DNA from: Seison nebaliae
Lineage: Eukaryota
DNA length: 49,246 bases
Assembly (NCBI GenBank): GCA_023231475.1
Contig: JALJEE010001187.1
Location: 1-49,246, forward strand
Direction: 5' to 3'
Below, piece after piece: positions 1-11,996 of this stretch (the stretch's first letter is position 1; the number at the start of each line of letters is the position of its first letter). Under the pieces are notes generated by a model. It made no database searches and was not told the DNA's origin. It saw nothing but the letters and a program-made list of their open reading frames with translations. The translations under genes were made by a program, and so were the position numbers.

Positions 1-203
1 CAAAGCATGAGCCTGGCTAATAGCTTGGCTCGAGCTTTGTATGTATAGGACTCTTATCATGTCTGGATTTTTTTTTTCCATGATGTATAGAGGACTCGAG
101 TTTTTTCACTTTGGACTCACGGATCATAATCACAGCACTAGAAAATGTTGAAGATAAGAAGATGGATAATATTCTTTTTTTTTGATTTGACCCAATTTGA
201 AGA

Positions 204-468
204 CATTTGGTAGACCAACCGTTTGGTAGACTCGATATACAAACTACAGTTATGTATATCTTTTGAATATTCTCTTTTGATCTACCATGGTAGACTCCTA
301 ACTGAGTCCCAATGGTCGGTCTACCAAATGGTCGGTCTACCAAATGGTCGGTCTACCAAGTGTCCGTTTACCAAACGTCCGTTTACCAAACGTCCGTCTA
401 CCAAATGGTTCGTCTACCAAATGACGTTTTCCCAATTTGATAGTACCAAATGCCCTAGACTGCCAAAT
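204..468. repeat. 15-16 bp tandem repeat array (AATGGTCGGTCTACCA x3 plus degenerate copies, 311-468) with two inverted copies at 204-232; likely non-autonomous DNA transposon/foldback relic
   Basis: Repeats read directly: CATTTGGTAGACC at 204 is the reverse complement of GGTCTACCAAATG in the array. The transposon interpretation is inference. Confidence 0.75.
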
Positions 469-2641
469 CTTATAGTACATATAACCAGTTATGACTATTG
501 ATGGTGTGAAAGAAGATTCATCTTCAAACCCATGAGAGTAGACGAGATCGTGCTAACAATCAATATATTGTTTTATTGGATGCACTTGATATGGGGGAGA
601 AGGAAGGATAATTCCTGAAAGCATATCTAACATATTCATACGTACATTTCTCATATTTTCGATGAATGAGAAATTTTAATTTTACAAACGATAATTTCTT
701 TCGTCACTCTCATGTTGATGTGTAAATGACGAGTAATTTATTAGGACAACAATAAACAATTTTCCATTGCATCATCTTTTTCAGCGTATCTTTTAATTAT
801 TTCTTGGACAGTTCCTTTATAGATGCAAAGTTTGTTATCTCCATCATATCTGGTACATGTCTTCCATTACTACATAGCTGGTAATTCCATTCATAAAAAG
901 AATCGTTTTAAACCGTATCATCAGTCTATTTAATTGAAAATGGTGAAAAGGCATGAAGAAAGTTGTTAATAGCAATACAATTATAACGTATAATATAATA
1001 CGAATTACAGAATTAATCGTAAAATGATAATTATTAAAGTGATTACTCTATGATGATAATTTTCATCTAAACATTTGTCGTAACTTATATTGTAAACACT
1101 TATATAAGTGTGTATGGAAAATGTACTAATTTAGGCAAATATTTGTACGTTCCATATTCCTCAATCCATCGAGAAGATAATAATTTATTGTGAATAAAAC
1201 CGGAAGAGAATTGCGTTTGGAATTGTTAACTAGTTTTCCTTTTAGTTTCTGGTTATTCCATTCGACCCTGGTTAATTAATCAGGTGAAATTTGTTTAGAA
1301 ATAACTTGGAAAACTCTTCTGTTCGGAAGGAGATTTGGAATTAGAAGGCTAATTTTATTCATCGACGAATAAAGACAATTATAAATTTTCTATCTGCATA
1401 TCTCTTGTCAATGGTCAATGAGTAATTCCATGAATAAATTGTGGAAAGTTTAGATAAATCGGAATGATTGGGAATGGGCAATCTTCATGTAGAAAGGAAG
1501 AGAAATCAGGGGATGGATGTATGAATCCAATTTTTTGGAAATGATTAATTTTATGAATTATTCTTCCTCTACTCTCAAGACAGTATCTCGTTAAATATAA
1601 TTACGATAAGGAGAATACGATACGGAGTGGAAACCTCGATATTGACTGGTGTTTGTATATGTCTTCTTCATTAATTGTGGAATGATGTTATGATGGGCGG
1701 AAGAAGTTATCAATGAATTCATTCTTATTAGATGAAGATTAGTAATATGTTTTTTATTAAATAAGTCACACGCTTCTGTCTTCATGTGCATGGCTTTGTT
1801 GGAGGTATAGGCAGATAACATGAAAATTAGGTATATCGTCATCGCCCTACAGATATCCTCCACTTCAAGTATTTGAGATAACATACGCCGTCTATCCCAA
1901 AATATTCATTCATCAACTTTATCTCGTGTGCATTTCCAATTAAAAGAATGGAATTTTTATCATGATTCTCTCTGTAATGGACTAGAATATATCTATCAGT
2001 TCCTGTCCATTTAACATGTGTTCGTCAGAAGGGATTGTTGGAGAGGATGTGAGTAGAAACGTAGAAGAAATAGGGGACAATCACCAAAAGTAATTGTACT
2101 TGCGACGGATATTATTTAAGGATAATCATATCATGCTTACACAACTTGACAGTAGTTGGAATAGACGATTGTTAATTGACAAAAATCAATTCTGATCACA
2201 CACACCTCTCCCACTTAATCTCGAGTAAAATAAAAACAATAAATTATTCTTGAGTAGTCGAACAGACAAACATGAAATTTTTGGACTGACTGACAAATCT
2301 TCTGAACGAACAATACGTTGCGTGAGAGAATGAGAAGAACTTTATTCTTTATTATCATAATAATGATATTATTATGCCTGACACACTCCCTATTTTGGAA
2401 CTGGAAATAATATGTAAAAAATATGAAATTTGAATAAGCTTAATTGGAATACATTTCCAATTCTCGATCATGTAACATGGTACTATAATATTTCTTCTTA
2501 TTTCTATTATGATTCTCTTATTCTTTAATGTTCGTTAATGTTCCTCGTTAGCAGATGAAGAATAAATCTCTCATAAAAATCTCGTACGATAGTCAACCAG
2601 AGGCGGAAGAGTAAAATATTTAAAGTCATTTTGGGGGAAAC

Positions 2642-4054
2642 ATGACCAATTTACCACTTCAAATTAGTTGGTGTAATGCGACGATGATAGAAGAGAACTC
2701 GTTACCAACTCCGACAAAACAAATTACTTGGGATCTCATTCTCTGTGGATATGTGGCGACGGCATTACAAATAGCGGGGACGATTGGTAATATTCTCTCA
2801 TTAATTGTTCTTTTTTCCAAAGAGATGAGAGCAAGTAGTACAAGCGTCTATCTCATAGCATTAACCATGGCACATTCATTGATATTGCCTCTAATGTTCT
2901 TATCGGTGGGTGCGAGAAGATTTTTCTCACTCCAACAACAATATGACAGTGAACTCTTTATTATTCTTTTGAAGAGTATGCCATACCTTTTACCTATCAT
3001 TGTGACAGCACAAGTCTCCGCCATTTATCTCTTAATCGCCTTCACTTACGATTGTTACATTTACGTATGTCGACCGATCGAAGCGGAGAAATGGTGTCGT
3101 CATTCCAATGCATTTATCGTCGTCATTTGTACAATCAGTGTGGCGACGTTATACAATATACCATCATGGCTCGAATATACGACAGAGGAACAATTCCAAG
3201 AGACTTGTGTTCGATTCAACGAAACTCATTATCTGAAGGCAGTGGAGAGTCGACTAATTTTCAAATTTACCGATCTGGCGAAACAAACCGTCTTCAAAAC
3301 CGTCGTTCATATGTATCTTTATGTGCCGTTCATTGTTCTCATACCAATCACATTGTTAAGCTTCTTCAACTTCTGTGTCATTCGATCATTGTTTAGTGGG
3401 AGATCGCCAACTAAACTCTCATGTCCCAATCATTATTCATGTAAATGTTTCTTCAAATTACCCTTGTCCAAAATGCCGGAACGAAGAACTTTCTCACGAA
3501 CAACATTCTCCAGAACCACAATCTCTTCACAAGAACCAGACGAACGTTCAAAATCATTATTGCAAAAACCGACAAAAAGTTTAACAAACGCGAATCGATC
3601 GAAGAAACTTAATAAGAAATTTAAATTGGTCATTCTTCTTTCTGGTATCGTCATCGCTTTCTTCATCTGTCAATTACCCAATTTCGCTTTAATGATTCTC
3701 TATTGCTTCAAATTTCAGATTAGTCCCATGATGAAGAACATATGTACCGTACTCGTCGTCACACATTCGGCGACGAATTTCTTCGTCTATTTTTTATTTG
3801 GCGAAAAGTTCCGAACTGCCGCAATGAAATATCTCAATTGTTTTGTCGTTTGTTACGGTAACGTCTCAAATAAAATCACCATATCACCCAGATCGTCTTT
3901 CCGTAGCTTCCAAAGATCCGTCAGATATACGGCCTCTCATTCGCCATCGAACATGAATTCAGGAATCGAGAATTTATGTGAAGTCGATCTATTAACCACG
4001 TCCAATTTCCGCCATCCCCAAACTCAATTGACGAAAGCGAAAATCTATATATAA
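2642..4054 (+). CDS. Class A (rhodopsin-like) peptide GPCR, FMRFamide/myosuppressin-receptor-like, intronless, 470 aa
   Basis: Seven hydrophobic segments; GNILS in TM1, SVYLIAL in TM2, YDCYIYVCRP at the end of TM3, YNIP in TM4, FFICQLP in TM6, ATNFFVYFLFGEKFR in TM7/helix 8. Confidence 0.9.
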   Translation: MTNLPLQISWCNATMIEENSLPTPTKQITWDLILCGYVATALQIAGTIGNILSLIVLFSKEMRASSTSVYLIALTMAHSLILPLMFLSVGARRFFSLQQQYDSELFIILLKSMPYLLPIIVTAQVSAIYLLIAFTYDCYIYVCRPIEAEKWCRHSNAFIVVICTISVATLYNIPSWLEYTTEEQFQETCVRFNETHYLKAVESRLIFKFTDLAKQTVFKTVVHMYLYVPFIVLIPITLLSFFNFCVIRSLFSGRSPTKLSCPNHYSCKCFFKLPLSKMPERRTFSRTTFSRTTISSQEPDERSKSLLQKPTKSLTNANRSKKLNKKFKLVILLSGIVIAFFICQLPNFALMILYCFKFQISPMMKNICTVLVVTHSATNFFVYFLFGEKFRTAAMKYLNCFVVCYGNVSNKITISPRSSFRSFQRSVRYTASHSPSNMNSGIENLCEVDLLTTSNFRHPQTQLTKAKIYI

Positions 4055-4569
4055 AATCAGAAAAAAACTTTTCTCTGAACAATTACTCTGAACAGTTTTT
4101 CTCTCGTTCGCTTCAATTTACCAATAACGAATTTTACTTATTTTCTCTCTAATAGAAAGTGTTTTTTTTTTATTTAAATAAAATTCTAATAAGAAATACT
4201 CATGAAAGATTTGTTGATAAAAAGTAACATATAAATATAACGAAACTATAAAGTAGATAAATAACAAATGATAAATTTTATGATGATCCATTCACGACCC
4301 AGAAAAAAATTCAGTCGATCAATATCAAAAGAATCGTAGAAGTGAAAAGAAAAAAAAATGGGAATTTAAAAAATAATTGGAAAAAATTGTTTAATATTGA
4401 ACGAAATTTCAGAAGAATCGATTTGTAAAAAAAAGAGAAATTAATGAAATTTCAAAAAAAATAAACGGGACGTTCTGATAATTTCCATAAAAAAATTACG
4501 GAAATCGATTTATGTGATTACTAATAAATTGATAAAAATGATCAAAATGATAGAAGACAAATTGATGGA

Positions 4570-7500
4570 TTAGAATTTCTTTAAAAATTTCGATATATTC
4601 TCTTTATAATTCCGATCGGTGATTAGTTCATTGAGTTTGTGGTCGATGGAAAGAGGAGTAAATAAGGGGAAGTTAATTTCTATTAATTTCAAACGACATA
4701 ATACTTGCAACGATCTAATCGGTCTCGTTTCATTACTTTTACAACAGTACAAGAGCAAATCTATTCGACTTCTTTCCCATTCATTTTCGCCTTTGGACAA
4801 TCGTCGCCAATCGATGTCTATTTGATCAACGAGACAACTTCTCAGATCTTCCAATTGATGTGATTCGACGATTATATTCCAAATTTGAAGAAAGAATTTG
4901 AATTCAACATTACGTTCTTTTGATGGTGTTCGTAATATGCGACGAATCCAGTGATCGATCGGATATGGAAAAGTGAGACGACAACCGATTCTTACGAATA
5001 ATTGAAGAAGTGAAAGAAGAAACTTCTTTAATAATTCCAATCGATAATGAAGGGAACGTCGAAGGAGTGTCCTCAATAAATAATTTGATGTTGGTAATTG
5101 TAATCGGAGTAACAACCAATTGAGAACTTTACTTCCAAATTTAATATATTCATCTTCGATTGATGATGAATGTTGAATGTGGCCGAATTGTTCACGGAAA
5201 AGAATTTCTTCTTCATTATTTCGTTCGAGAAATTGAGTAGGATTCCAAAAAAAGTAGAAATCGATAAAATAACAGATCAAATCATATGGTACTTCCAATG
5301 TGTTGATGGATGAAAAGAAGAAATAATTCCGTTTAATATTCCTGAACTTCAATTGATTATCGAATGAGTTGGTGAGGACGTTGAACAAATCTTCGGCATA
5401 ACGACATTTGATGAGATGTTGTCTCAAAGAAAATATTCGGAGAATATTTGAAAAAATAAATGATTGACATTTGAAAAATAATTTATCAGACATTTTCGAT
5501 TGGAACATTAAATTCTCATAATCTTCCTGTGTTATCGTCAATTCATTGATGGCACGTCTTCTCTCGAATTTGTTCCGTTCCTGATCGAACAATAATCGAT
5601 AGAAGTAAATGGAATAAGGACGAATGAAAACATCTGAAATTTTCGTCCTCATTGTCGTGGTCGTTTCGACGGAAGCTGAATCGATTGATTTCATTGATTT
5701 TTTCCGTTTAATCGATAATGACATATTGGATCGACCACCATTATGATATCGAATAGAACGTTGAAAAGTTTTCAATGTGATATATCGATTCAATAATGAC
5801 GAGTTTTCTAACCACGACGATGATTTCGTTTTTTGTGTTGATGAAAATGTATCAAAATCATTTTTATTATCATCATCATTAATATCATCATCTTCTTCTT
5901 CCTTATATTCATGATTTTCACCATTACCGAAATATGGTAATTCAATCTCTGACAATTGTTCCATCATTTCTCGTTCATTCACATCCTCCACATTGATCGT
6001 CGTCTCATGATTTTTGATGGAATCGTTAAGGATAGATTGTACTTCATTTGTTGGCGATTTGAGATTCCAATCGACTCGTTGTAATTTCGAATGTGCACAA
6101 CATTCGTCTGTTCCGACATTGTCCGTATAAATTTGAAGTAGTCGAAGAATGAGAATTCGATTGGAACGTTGACGGAAATCGTCAATGAGTTTCCTGATTT
6201 GTGAACGTTGTTGACAGTTGCAATGACTCGTCAATTGATAGGAACAGTTGATGGTTAAAGGAAAATGAGTTGATTGTGTGAATGTTTGGAGGATGTTCTT
6301 TACCGTCAAAAATAGAGAATTATAACATTTCACCAGGAAATAATTATACGGATTAAGATCGATAGTCAATTGTTGAATCTTCTCTTCGATTCGTCTTCTT
6401 TTATGTCTTCGAGTCATTTCGCTATCGAGATCGCTAAAATCCAAATCTAATTTATTCAATTGTTGATGATGGAAATCGAGAAGATGATGAAGACGACGTT
6501 GTCGTCTCACAACGAAAATAAAGGATTGAAGTGAATTGCTCAATGAACTGAGTGGTCGTCTTGTTGTGATTTGTTCGATATCGAGGAATTCATTCATCCA
6601 CGAATTGATTTCTAATCGAGACGATGAATATAAAAGTACTTGAATTCCTCCGAATAATTTCATGAGAATAATAACGATCATATGTGGATTGGTTGGAGGG
6701 AAGAGACGACAAACATCACGAATCATCAATTCGAAAACGATCGATAACTGCTCCTCCAAATAAAAGTTCTCAATATTCTTCACAGAATTTCTTTTGATTT
6801 TCGGTTTATCATCTAATCGATCGCCGATAATAACAAAATGAATGAGATGACTGAAAGTGAAGAGAGTGTGATACATCTCATATAAATACTTGTCATAAGG
6901 TTGAAGGAATTTGTGAATACTTGACTTGATCGATTCATCATCACGTTCTCGATCATTATCGATCATTTCAAAAATAGTCAAAACATTATTTTTTCGTCTT
7001 AAATTGAATGTGCGGAATTTCTTCATTGTTTCTAAATGGATTTGAAAAAGAATATCATTCTCTTTCAAAAAATTATTGTAGAATTTGAAGAATTTGAATA
7101 AAGTCTCTTCCAATAATGCCAAACGATCAGTATGTGCAGAAAGGAAGGAACGGAATAATTGAAGATAAAGAGACGACGATGATTGAGAATCGTCACCGGA
7201 AAAAAATTCCATAATATTCCGACGAAAGAAAAGATATTTGATCTCTCTAATCAATTCGCACATCGACTCCTCGTTCAAATATCGAACGATACAACATAAA
7301 TAATGTCCGACCGACAACAAATAAAGATTCAACTCGAAATATTGTTGGAAGAATTTGAATTTTCGTTTCCGTTTCGAACGGTATGATAAATTTTGTTTTG
7401 ACGATGTTAAATCGTCAATGTCATCGTAATCAGATTCGTCGTCGATTAATGGATCATCTGGACCGATGGTGAAGGATCGTCTTAAACGATGAACGAAAGA

Positions 7501-10500
7501 GATTCTCGATGTTAATCGATTACGAGAAGTTGATCGATTGATGGTTTTTCTCCGTTTCTGATGAAGGAATATCTCATTTTCGATACAATCATAAATGTTC
7601 TTCATTATCGATTGAATGAAGAAAAGAGTAATATTGAAACCGAAAAAACAGATTTCTGAATTGTTCTCATCGTTCGTTTTATGATAATGCTCGTTTGTTG
7701 ACCACACATCATAATTGGTTCGATCGTTAAATTTCTGGAGTATACTCCCAATAAAATTGTCATTTTTAAAATAGAATTTCTTATCTTTATGAGTGAGTAG
7801 CCAAAGGATTGGATCACTCATTGTGACATATTCATCTAATTCAGATAAGGAACTTGGAGGATATTCTCCTTGAATTAATTGTTCTTCTTCATCTGAGAAC
7901 AAAATATCGATCAATGACAAATGTTTATCGAAATGTGATTGTTCATATGAGTGAAGGAAAGTAATGGCTCGAATCATTCCAGCAAAGACGTTGTTGTGCA
8001 AAGCAAGAAAAATTAGACGTTTCTCATAAACATTCTTCAACGTTCCATATGTTGATGATGAAATGAGATAGAAGAAGAAACGATAATAAATCGATTCATC
8101 TGTTCGTAATGAGACGAGTAGATCGATCTGTTTTTCACAACGATAATATAAATATTGAATGTAACACCAGCGGAAGATGTGACGAAGAAGATTAATGGAT
8201 CGACAGAAACAAATGAGGAAATGTTGAGTATCTTTCAAATCACAATTACAGAATTGACCCAAATTTCTCCCACTTTTCCCATCTACCAAATGTGTCGTCA
8301 CTAAATAAAAGAGAGAACTACGGAAAACGGTTTGAGTAATCTTGCCAATTTGTAATTGAGGACGATAATGATGTTGGAAATCGTCAGCGAACATATAATG
8401 AATATAAAGTCGAACAATATAACTCAAATTAATTTCAAATAAATTGGGACTATCATAAATGATTGTGAGACGTAAAATCTCCACTAAACATTTTAATCGA
8501 TCATAATATCGACAAGTTCTCTCTGTCATTCCAAGACGGATAGCCATCAATTGCCATAATTGATGATAGTGAAAGTTGAAGAATTGTCGAATCTCTTGAA
8601 CTTTCTTCATTTCCCAAACCAATTTTCCTCGTTGTTGTTGATTTGGAGTGAGGGAGGATTTGGCAGGTAATTGAATGGACGAGATGACACTCACCGTTTT
8701 CACGATGCTGTTCGTCATCAAATGTGCGACTAAGAAATCATGTCGATTTGGAAGATAATTGAATTTGGGGAAAAAAAGAGAAGAATAATTGCGGAAAATT
8801 GGATTGATTAATCGATTCTTATCCAAGAGATAAATGTCGTTCATCAACCAGAGAAATCGAGAACAATATCGACTGGTGAATGTGAAGAAATGGATGAAAC
8901 GATTCGTTTTATTTGTATCATCATCGAAGGAGTTTTGATAAAATCTCACTGTTTTTATTCGTTGATTTCTCATTCCATCTTCGTTACATTGAGAATTATT
9001 AGAATTGAAAAAATGAGAATTTGGTCGATTAAGAAGAGAAATACTCGAACTCGACATTTGGAGAATATTCCTGTTGTCATCGATCGTTCGATTACTCGTA
9101 GAACGATAGAAAGAAACAGATGAGAGTTTATGCCACATCATTTTCAATAACGATTTCTTTGACATTTTCTCTTGTTCATCATCAAATTGGAATCGCGCTC
9201 GGTGTTTTTTTTTATTCAATTTCGATCGTCTCGTTGTCAGACTATTATTGGAACCGTTTTGTGATTGTTTGAGAAGTTGATCGAATGATTTGAATTTGAG
9301 GAGGATATGAGCGGAAATGAAACTGAGAAGACCAACATTTCCTTTGACGAGTATTTCCGTGAATATTTTCGAATAAATATCACAATTATCCGCCATCAAT
9401 GCCAAGCGTAAAGGGGAAAGATATTCGAATAAATTATCATAATTATTTCGATAATTATCATTCGATCTGGCATCAGTGAACTTTTCCAAAAGTATTTCAT
9501 ATAAATTCGATTGATCATCATTCAATTCAAATGGTCGTTTTCTCCAAACTTTCGATTTTGTTCCCGATGACGACAATGGGAGTTTGTGGAAGGAATCGAT
9601 TGAAATGTTCGTGGGAATTTTGGGGAAAGTTGAACAATTCTTCCTGAGAAATTGATATTGAACTGAAGCGGAGAAATGTGGTGCATACATCGGTTGTATT
9701 AAACGTCTGACGGAAATGATGGATAATTGAGAGAGCACGAATGGATTTAATTGATCAGATATTCGTTGTATTAATGAGAAGAGTGTTGAATTAGAATTCT
9801 CTTGTTTATCCTTTGAATTTTGAATGATGATCATATCAATGTTCTTGTCATTTATCCATTCTAATTGACATAATGTTGTCATTGCACAATCATAGATATA
9901 TGTGTGATTATAATAAATGGAACGATATTCCAATTGATTCGGTAATTGCCATTGACGATGATCGTGAAGTAGAAGTGAATGAAATTGAACGAACATCTCA
10001 AACATTCGTTGAAGTAATTGGAGATTATCGGAGTAAAAAACGGTGGCGAGTGTCATCAATTGATCATAATAAAGACAATCAGAAACCGTTTTCCCATTCA
10101 TCCTCTTCACATTAAATGAATCAACAAACATTTTATTAAACGTCTTCTTTCTCTTCCTCTTTTTCTTCTTCTCTTTCTCCTCTTTTGTCGTCTCCACATT
10201 ATCTTCGAATAATCGTCGAATATTGGTGATGGTGTGGAGGACGTTGGAGTCATTCACTATCAATTCATTTCTCACAAGATAGAGAGTGTGAAACGTCAAT
10301 AAATCGAGTAATAATGTTATCATACGAATATCTTTCGATAAAATTGCTGCATGGAAAAATTTATGAGAATAATTCAAATTAGTTTCATCTTCATTCTCAT
10401 CATAACTATCATCGGATGACCAATGGAATTGATCCGATTCATCCGAATCATCTGAATCTTCACATTTCTTTCTTCCATCACTCTTCCTCCATTCCACTAA

Positions 10501-10854
10501 ATTGCCGAAAAGAAGAAAATGAGAAAGTTCCACATTGAAAAAACTGAAGAGTACTATCTCTCTCAAAATCTCTCCAATGACGTAGGTGTTGGTGGAAGAG
10601 AGATAACGTAATTTCAATTCATATCCAAATTTCATTGTGATCCATTCAATCTCTTTCTCTTCATATTCGAAAGAGAACTCATTCCAATAATAAAGTGTCG
10701 CCAATTCTCGAATGACATCGACGATTACATTGATTGATTTCGTATCGAATAATTCTCTCGTTAAATTCCCAATGAGTTTGGGCTGTGCTGCCGAAGTGAT
10801 ACGGAGAACTCGCGATAAGAATTGTTCGGTGAGATCTCGATCTCTCATCTTCAT
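4570..10854 (-). CDS. Large single-ORF protein (~2,094 aa from first ATG) with C-terminal SOCS/BC-box-like motif and possible degenerate ankyrin-like repeats
   Basis: 6.3-kb uninterrupted ORF in AT-rich DNA; C-terminal PIRSLQVLCRLKL; FHAAILSKDIRMITLLLD and SPLRLALMADN are ankyrin-like. The 5' end is uncertain (ORF track starts at a TTG). Confidence 0.8.
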   Translation of the reverse strand: MKMRDRDLTEQFLSRVLRITSAAQPKLIGNLTRELFDTKSINVIVDVIRELATLYYWNEFSFEYEEKEIEWITMKFGYELKLRYLSSTNTYVIGEILREIVLFSFFNVELSHFLLFGNLVEWRKSDGRKKCEDSDDSDESDQFHWSSDDSYDENEDETNLNYSHKFFHAAILSKDIRMITLLLDLLTFHTLYLVRNELIVNDSNVLHTITNIRRLFEDNVETTKEEKEKKKKRKRKKTFNKMFVDSFNVKRMNGKTVSDCLYYDQLMTLATVFYSDNLQLLQRMFEMFVQFHSLLLHDHRQWQLPNQLEYRSIYYNHTYIYDCAMTTLCQLEWINDKNIDMIIIQNSKDKQENSNSTLFSLIQRISDQLNPFVLSQLSIISVRRLIQPMYAPHFSASVQYQFLRKNCSTFPKIPTNISIDSFHKLPLSSSGTKSKVWRKRPFELNDDQSNLYEILLEKFTDARSNDNYRNNYDNLFEYLSPLRLALMADNCDIYSKIFTEILVKGNVGLLSFISAHILLKFKSFDQLLKQSQNGSNNSLTTRRSKLNKKKHRARFQFDDEQEKMSKKSLLKMMWHKLSSVSFYRSTSNRTIDDNRNILQMSSSSISLLNRPNSHFFNSNNSQCNEDGMRNQRIKTVRFYQNSFDDDTNKTNRFIHFFTFTSRYCSRFLWLMNDIYLLDKNRLINPIFRNYSSLFFPKFNYLPNRHDFLVAHLMTNSIVKTVSVISSIQLPAKSSLTPNQQQRGKLVWEMKKVQEIRQFFNFHYHQLWQLMAIRLGMTERTCRYYDRLKCLVEILRLTIIYDSPNLFEINLSYIVRLYIHYMFADDFQHHYRPQLQIGKITQTVFRSSLFYLVTTHLVDGKSGRNLGQFCNCDLKDTQHFLICFCRSINLLRHIFRWCYIQYLYYRCEKQIDLLVSLRTDESIYYRFFFYLISSSTYGTLKNVYEKRLIFLALHNNVFAGMIRAITFLHSYEQSHFDKHLSLIDILFSDEEEQLIQGEYPPSSLSELDEYVTMSDPILWLLTHKDKKFYFKNDNFIGSILQKFNDRTNYDVWSTNEHYHKTNDENNSEICFFGFNITLFFIQSIMKNIYDCIENEIFLHQKRRKTINRSTSRNRLTSRISFVHRLRRSFTIGPDDPLIDDESDYDDIDDLTSSKQNLSYRSKRKRKFKFFQQYFELNLYLLSVGHYLCCIVRYLNEESMCELIREIKYLFFRRNIMEFFSGDDSQSSSSLYLQLFRSFLSAHTDRLALLEETLFKFFKFYNNFLKENDILFQIHLETMKKFRTFNLRRKNNVLTIFEMIDNDRERDDESIKSSIHKFLQPYDKYLYEMYHTLFTFSHLIHFVIIGDRLDDKPKIKRNSVKNIENFYLEEQLSIVFELMIRDVCRLFPPTNPHMIVIILMKLFGGIQVLLYSSSRLEINSWMNEFLDIEQITTRRPLSSLSNSLQSFIFVVRRQRRLHHLLDFHHQQLNKLDLDFSDLDSEMTRRHKRRRIEEKIQQLTIDLNPYNYFLVKCYNSLFLTVKNILQTFTQSTHFPLTINCSYQLTSHCNCQQRSQIRKLIDDFRQRSNRILILRLLQIYTDNVGTDECCAHSKLQRVDWNLKSPTNEVQSILNDSIKNHETTINVEDVNEREMMEQLSEIELPYFGNGENHEYKEEEDDDINDDDNKNDFDTFSSTQKTKSSSWLENSSLLNRYITLKTFQRSIRYHNGGRSNMSLSIKRKKSMKSIDSASVETTTTMRTKISDVFIRPYSIYFYRLLFDQERNKFERRRAINELTITQEDYENLMFQSKMSDKLFFKCQSFIFSNILRIFSLRQHLIKCRYAEDLFNVLTNSFDNQLKFRNIKRNYFFFSSINTLEVPYDLICYFIDFYFFWNPTQFLERNNEEEILFREQFGHIQHSSSIEDEYIKFGSKVLNWLLLRLQLPTSNYLLRTLLRRSLHYRLELLKKFLLSLLQLFVRIGCRLTFPYPIDHWIRRILRTPSKERNVEFKFFLQIWNIIVESHQLEDLRSCLVDQIDIDWRRLSKGENEWERSRIDLLLYCCKSNETRPIRSLQVLCRLKLIEINFPLFTPLSIDHKLNELITDRNYKENISKFLKKF

Positions 10855-11996
10855 CGAATGCAAAAGAAACTAGAAGCAGATAAATGTAACACACCCGCTC
10901 CTTTCATTTAAATTTGGGAGAAATTAAAAAATTATTCCTTCATCTTAGACTAAAATTTCGAAAGAGGAAAATGTGCAAAGAGTGATATGGGACGATAGTA
11001 AAAGGGAAAGCTTAAGCATCACATCATCTAATTTTTGGCGGCAATTCAAATTTTCTCGTCTTCCAATCCTACATCGTTTCGCTTAACATTTGTTCATTTT
11101 TTCTCTTATGTCAATAGTTGGACGACCTTCACGTCTCCTCCTAATCATATCAATATTATTCAAACTTAAAATCATTTCCAAAGAAGTAATTATTATGAAT
11201 TCATTTCGTTACCTACACATCTTCAGTTTGAGAGTATGTGCGAAAGACAGAAGGACAATTTACTAATTCATCGCAAACACAAGTGTGAATGTATATGGAG
11301 ACAAAAAATATTCCGCGCAATTACGTATCGAACTCCACTATTTATCCATCTCTCATAAACGAGGAACATTCTTTATTTACTTTTCCTCTTAAAATAAACT
11401 CAATTCTCGAAACGAATACTTAATTATGTAGAGCAATGATAAAATACTCTTCAAACCATTTCATCGTCCGATTTCTTTTTATTAAAAATTATTATTTACA
11501 ACCAACTATTAAATATTGTGTCATTATCCGTCAAGAGACTGGACGAATTAATTCGACATAATGAACTAGATAACCATCAATTATCCTCTTATTTCCATAT
11601 CTCTTTCTTGCGTAACATTAACGAATCCACCGGAAATTCCTGATTTCTATTCTGATATTGCCCTACCAGTCAATGACTTACTTAGCGAAGGGGATGACCT
11701 ACTTAAATTAGCCAAATTTCCCAACCTGTTTCACATTACAATAAAATAATTTTTCGATAACACCATTGCCTTTTTTTTCTCGATAAATTCACATTATATA
11801 TTTAACTTCTGTTTATGGTGTATTGAGTTGATCTTATCAAAAAAAAAAACGATGAAATAAAGAGATGTGTTTACTAAATTTCTTTTTTTCACTTTTTTCT
11901 CAAATGTTTGTGAGATAACTTTACTTCATTTCAATGAAATCATTGAATAATTTAGATATAATTTTATAAAAATAATAAATTATTTATTTTTCTCGT

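Noticed and set aside
311..468. Repeat array as CRISPR or as the 92-108 aa ORFs at 17-501
   Set aside because: No unique spacers, no cas genes and a eukaryotic context; the ORFs are translations of the repeat
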